Source: an uncultured delta proteobacterium
Lineage (GTDB): Bacteria > Desulfobacterota > Binatia > JACPRU01
Reading direction: 5' to 3'
DNA: 64,000 nucleotides
NCBI GenBank assembly: GCA_963745025.1
Contig: CAVUWD010000013.1
Span: 224,001-288,000 of the forward strand
Shown here: positions 60,456 to 64,000 of the stretch, in pieces
Layout of the letters: each line of letters starts with the position of its first letter
Position numbering within the stretch: the stretch's first letter is position 1
Program-made: the position numbers and the translations under genes
The notes under the pieces: model-generated
What the model was told of the DNA's origin: nothing
The model's input: only the letters and a program-made list of their open reading frames with translations
Database searches by the model: none

Positions 60456-62161
60456 AGAGCCGCATCCTCATTTTCGGTCTGGACGGCGCCACCTTCAGGG
60501 TCGCGCGGCCGCTCGCCATGGCGGGGCGGATGCCGACGCTCGCCCGCCTCCTCGAGCGTGGCGCCTGGGGCGAGCACGCCTCGACCCACGAGATCAACAG
60601 CCCGAACGCCTGGTCCACCTTCATCACCGGCAAGAACGCGGGAAAGCACGGGATCTACGGCTTCTTCGAAACCGCGCCCGGGAGCTACGACGTGCGTTTC
60701 GTCAACGGCTCCTTCCGGGCGGGGAAGTCGCTCTGGCGGATGGCGACGGAGCACGGTCGGTCGGTCGGTGCGGTCAACGTGCCGATGACGTACCCAGCGG
60801 AGGAGGTGAACGGCTTCGTGATCGCGGGACCCGACGCCCCGAGCCAGGACGCTCCTGGCTTCTGCTCGCCGCCCGACCTCGTCCGCGAGGTCGTGAAGGC
60901 GACGGGGCTGTATGTCATCGAGGCTGGTGCCTCGTCGCTCGTCCGGCAGGGGCGCCCGGCGGAGGCGCTACGCGCGCTCGAGGAGAGCATCCGGGCGAGG
61001 ACGGAGGTCGCCCGCTGGCTAGTTCGGCACCACCCAACCGACCTTTTCATGATCACCTTCACCGAGGCGGATCGGGTACAGCATCACTTCTGGAAGTACG
61101 TGAATCCGCAGCACCCCGCGAGTCAGACGCCGCAGGCGCGGGTCTTCGGAGAGGCGATTCACCGGGTTTACGAGCAGCTCGACAGGGCAGTCGCGGCGAT
61201 TCTGGACGCCGCCGGCGGCGACCCCACGGTGATCGTCGTCTCCGACCACGGGGCGGGCCCGTCGAGTGCGCGAACCTTCTTCATCAATCGCTGGCTCGAG
61301 TCGATTGGGCAGCTCGGCTTCCGTCGTGACGAATCCCTTTCCGCCAAACTTCGCCGGCCGGCCGAGCGGATGATGAACGCCGCATATCTGTACGCCCGCC
61401 GCCGCCTTTCGAAGTCGTGGAAGCGGCGCTTGCGGAGCCGACTCCCGGGCGTCAAGAACAGGATGCACACGAACCTGCTCGCCTCGTCACGGATCGATTG
61501 GCCGTCGACGCGGGCGTTCTCTCGCGAGAACCTCCCGACGATCTACGTCAACGTGAAGGGCCGCTACCCGGCAGGCACGGTGGAACCGGGAGGCGAGTAC
61601 CGGGACCTCTGCCAAGATCTCGCCGGCCGGCTCATGGCGCTCCGCTGTCCGTTCACGGGAGGGCAGATCGTCGAACGCGTGCGGATGCGGGACGAGATGT
61701 ACTGGGGGCCGTTTGTCGACAAGGCGCCCGATCTGCTCATCGAATGGAAGGATGGCGGCTACACGGAACGTCCCGAATACGTGAACCCGGGGGCCGCCTT
61801 TGTCGCAGAACTCCGGGGCCGAGAGCTCGCGCGCGCCGAGCTCGCCAGCCGGCCGAGCGGCATCCACGCGCGGGAGGGCATCTTCGTCGCGAGCGGCGAG
61901 GGCATCGTCGCCGGGCGGTCGCTCGCGGGGCTCGAGCTCTACGACGTCACGGCAACTCTCCTCTATCTCTTGGACGTCCCGGTTCCGCCTGACCTGGATG
62001 GGAAGGTGCGCACGGATCTCTTCGACGCCGACTACGCCGAGGCACGTCCCGTCCGGTACTCCGAGGAAGAGACGAGCGCACAGGCCTCCCCCCGGGAATT
62101 CTCCTCCGAGGACGCGGATCGCATCGAGGAACGACTCCGGGGGCTGGGCTACATCGAGTGA
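60452..62161 (+). CDS. AlkP-superfamily protein 4
   Basis: TTG start; FGLDGA, SPNAWSTFITGKNAGKHG, DRVQH, SDHG, SGIH; tail ERLRGLGYIE. Confidence 0.87.
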   Translation: MKSRILIFGLDGATFRVARPLAMAGRMPTLARLLERGAWGEHASTHEINSPNAWSTFITGKNAGKHGIYGFFETAPGSYDVRFVNGSFRAGKSLWRMATEHGRSVGAVNVPMTYPAEEVNGFVIAGPDAPSQDAPGFCSPPDLVREVVKATGLYVIEAGASSLVRQGRPAEALRALEESIRARTEVARWLVRHHPTDLFMITFTEADRVQHHFWKYVNPQHPASQTPQARVFGEAIHRVYEQLDRAVAAILDAAGGDPTVIVVSDHGAGPSSARTFFINRWLESIGQLGFRRDESLSAKLRRPAERMMNAAYLYARRRLSKSWKRRLRSRLPGVKNRMHTNLLASSRIDWPSTRAFSRENLPTIYVNVKGRYPAGTVEPGGEYRDLCQDLAGRLMALRCPFTGGQIVERVRMRDEMYWGPFVDKAPDLLIEWKDGGYTERPEYVNPGAAFVAELRGRELARAELASRPSGIHAREGIFVASGEGIVAGRSLAGLELYDVTATLLYLLDVPVPPDLDGKVRTDLFDADYAEARPVRYSEEETSAQASPREFSSEDADRIEERLRGLGYIE

Positions 62162-63666
62162 ACGAGAACGGAAGCGGGAAGCCACTGATGGGACCGGGCC
62201 ACGTGGAGCCGGCGCTGCGTGTGATCCGCAACAGCGGTCTCCTCATGGCGGGAGAGATGTACGGCGTATCGGTGAACCTAGTCACCGTCGGCATTCTCTC
62301 CCGCTACCTGCCGCTCGATGTGTTCGGGGACTACGGCTTCATCCTGGCCGTCTCGATGACGTTCATGGTGCTGACCGATATGGGCGCCGGCCCCATCGCG
62401 ATCCGAGAGATCGCTCGCGACCTGCGCAGTGCCGAGAAGGTGTTCGCCGCCACGGTCATTTTGCGCTGTCTGTTCTCTGTCGTGACGTTCATCGCGATCA
62501 TGGGGATGGTTCGGATGACTTCCGATTCGCCCGCGGTGCTGAAAGCGACGTTCATCTCGGCGATCGCCGTGGTCGTCTTCTTTCTCGGCGACGTTCCGCC
62601 GATTGTCTTCATCGCCTACGAGCGCATGCAGTTCAACGCGATCGTCAAGGTGGCCGCGGAAACGGTCTACCTGGCCGGGATCGTGGCGGTCGCGTTCTTC
62701 GACTTCGGCCTCAACGGGGTCTTTCTCGTTTCGCTCGCGTCGTACGCGGCGCGGCTCGCGATTGGACTGTTGATCCTGAAGCGATGCTTCTTTTCTCCCC
62801 GTCTCACATGGGATCCAGCTCTTCTCCGGTGGCTCTTCCTCGAGGCTCTGCCGGTCGGCGCCAACCGGCTTCTCCGGAAGGTCAGCTTCCGGATCGATAC
62901 GATCCTTCTCCAGGTCCTGAGGACCCGGGAAGAGGTCGGAATTTTCCACGGGATCTACCGAGTGGTCCTCGGGGTGCTCTTCGTCCCGCGGATGATCACG
63001 GACGCGCTCTTCCCTCTCTTCGCGCGCTACTCCGAGGGATCTTCCGTCGCGATGGCGGTCTCCTTCGAGAAGTCGATGAAGTTTCTTCTGATCCTCGTGC
63101 TCCCGCTGATGCTCGTCGTCTTCGTCGACGCGGAAGGCATCGTCGTGCTCCTCCTCGGCAAGAACTTCGCGTCCACGGGCGGGCTCTTGCAGCTCTTCTG
63201 TCTGGTCTGGGGGGTGTCGTTCTTCAGTGTGCTCTGCGACAAGGTGCTGAACGCGTCGAACCACCAGCGCCTCGCGACCATCGCCACCGCCTGCTGCGTC
63301 GCCGTCAACCTCGCCCTCGATCTCGCGCTGATCCCCTCATTCGGTTACATGGGGGCGGCGGTGGCGACCCTGTGCGCGGAAACGGTGCTTTTGGTCGTCG
63401 GATTCCGTTTCGTCTCGACCCGGATCTGTCGCGTAGCGGTGGTTTCCGTCCTGTGGAAGCCGGCCTTCGCAGGTGTATCGGCCGCGCTCGTGGCGTCCGT
63501 GCTTTCGTCCTCGGCGCCTTGGATTCGGGCATCGATCGCCCTCGCGGCGTACGCCTCGCTCTTGTTGGCGCTCGGCGCGTTCGACCGATCGGAGATCGAC
63601 GTGCTCCGCGCCGCGGGCCGACAGCTGCATCGCCGGTTCACGCACCTCGCGGCCGCGCCGCGCTAG
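62158..63666 (+). CDS. wzx: Wzx-type flippase
   Basis: Multi-TM; LSRYL..FGDY, IDTILL..VGIF, NLALDLALIP.FGYMGAAVAT. Confidence 0.88.
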   Translation: MNENGSGKPLMGPGHVEPALRVIRNSGLLMAGEMYGVSVNLVTVGILSRYLPLDVFGDYGFILAVSMTFMVLTDMGAGPIAIREIARDLRSAEKVFAATVILRCLFSVVTFIAIMGMVRMTSDSPAVLKATFISAIAVVVFFLGDVPPIVFIAYERMQFNAIVKVAAETVYLAGIVAVAFFDFGLNGVFLVSLASYAARLAIGLLILKRCFFSPRLTWDPALLRWLFLEALPVGANRLLRKVSFRIDTILLQVLRTREEVGIFHGIYRVVLGVLFVPRMITDALFPLFARYSEGSSVAMAVSFEKSMKFLLILVLPLMLVVFVDAEGIVVLLLGKNFASTGGLLQLFCLVWGVSFFSVLCDKVLNASNHQRLATIATACCVAVNLALDLALIPSFGYMGAAVATLCAETVLLVVGFRFVSTRICRVAVVSVLWKPAFAGVSAALVASVLSSSAPWIRASIALAAYASLLLALGAFDRSEIDVLRAAGRQLHRRFTHLAAAPR

Positions 63667-63714
63667 GATCGACGAGGGCGCGAACCGGCCGCTGAGAAAG
63701 GATCATTCCAGGCC

Positions 63715-64000
63715 ATGAATCCCGAACCGAAGAAGGTCTTCGTACTGGGCCTCGACGGCGCGACGCTCGACGTGCTGAAGCCCCTCGCCGAGAGCGGACG
63801 ACTGCCGAACATCGCCGCTCTCATGCGCGGTGGCGTGCACGCAAAGCTGAACTCCACGATTCTCCATCACTCGGCTCCGGCGTGGACGTCGTTCGCCACG
63901 GGAAAGAATCCGGGTAAGCACGGGATCATCGGCTTCACGAAGATCCAGCGGAACACCTACAAGCTCGCGCTGGTCAACGGCGCCTCCAACCGGGCGAGAA
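63715..64000 (+). CDS. AlkP-superfamily protein 5 (partial)
   Basis: MNPEPKKVFVLGLDGAT...SAPAWTSFATGKNPGKHG; runs off the window. Confidence 0.85.
   Translation, partial: MNPEPKKVFVLGLDGATLDVLKPLAESGRLPNIAALMRGGVHAKLNSTILHHSAPAWTSFATGKNPGKHGIIGFTKIQRNTYKLALVNGASNRAR

Noticed and set aside
51969-64000. Calling the AlkP paralogs sulfatases
   Set aside because: They lack the C/S-x-P-x-R formylglycine motif, and the radical SAMs are B12-type rather than SPASM anSME maturases

Overview
GC-rich bacterial chromosome segment with no rRNA, tRNA, CRISPR array, transposase or integrase seen. Gene content is compatible with a deltaproteobacterium/Binatia-like lineage (inference only). It has two parts. 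(1) About 1-40.5 kb is a low-oxygen/stress island. It holds four USPs, four CBS proteins, BON proteins, a phosphoribosyltransferase, archease-RtcB, PolX, an NAD-linked formate dehydrogenase, cNOR (norCBQD), a ba3-type (B-family) oxidase, three paralogous triheme cytochromes c and a resident NtrC-type sigma-54 activator. The intergenic DNA contains about 15 sigma-54 (-24/-12) promoter-like motifs. Many sit next to tandem TTCTCA-N4-TGAGAA-like palindromes about 31 bp apart, and several place the start codon exactly 14 nt after the -12 base (near-leaderless mRNAs). The island also has several gene remnants and two copies of a structured element made of TACT-loop hairpins with covarying stems. (2) After a benzoate-CoA ligase/RidA pair and an ELWxxDGT-repeat gene, about 44.6-64 kb is a Wzx/Wza/Wzc polysaccharide locus. 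It is interleaved with two B12-binding-type radical SAM genes, a CobW GTPase and at least five alkaline-phosphatase-superfamily paralogs without obvious signal peptides, plus a 40-aa mini-paralog. Frameshifts cluster at 6.5-10 kb, 27-28 kb and about 60.25 kb and are probably sequencing errors. All calls come from reading the sequence; no searches were run.
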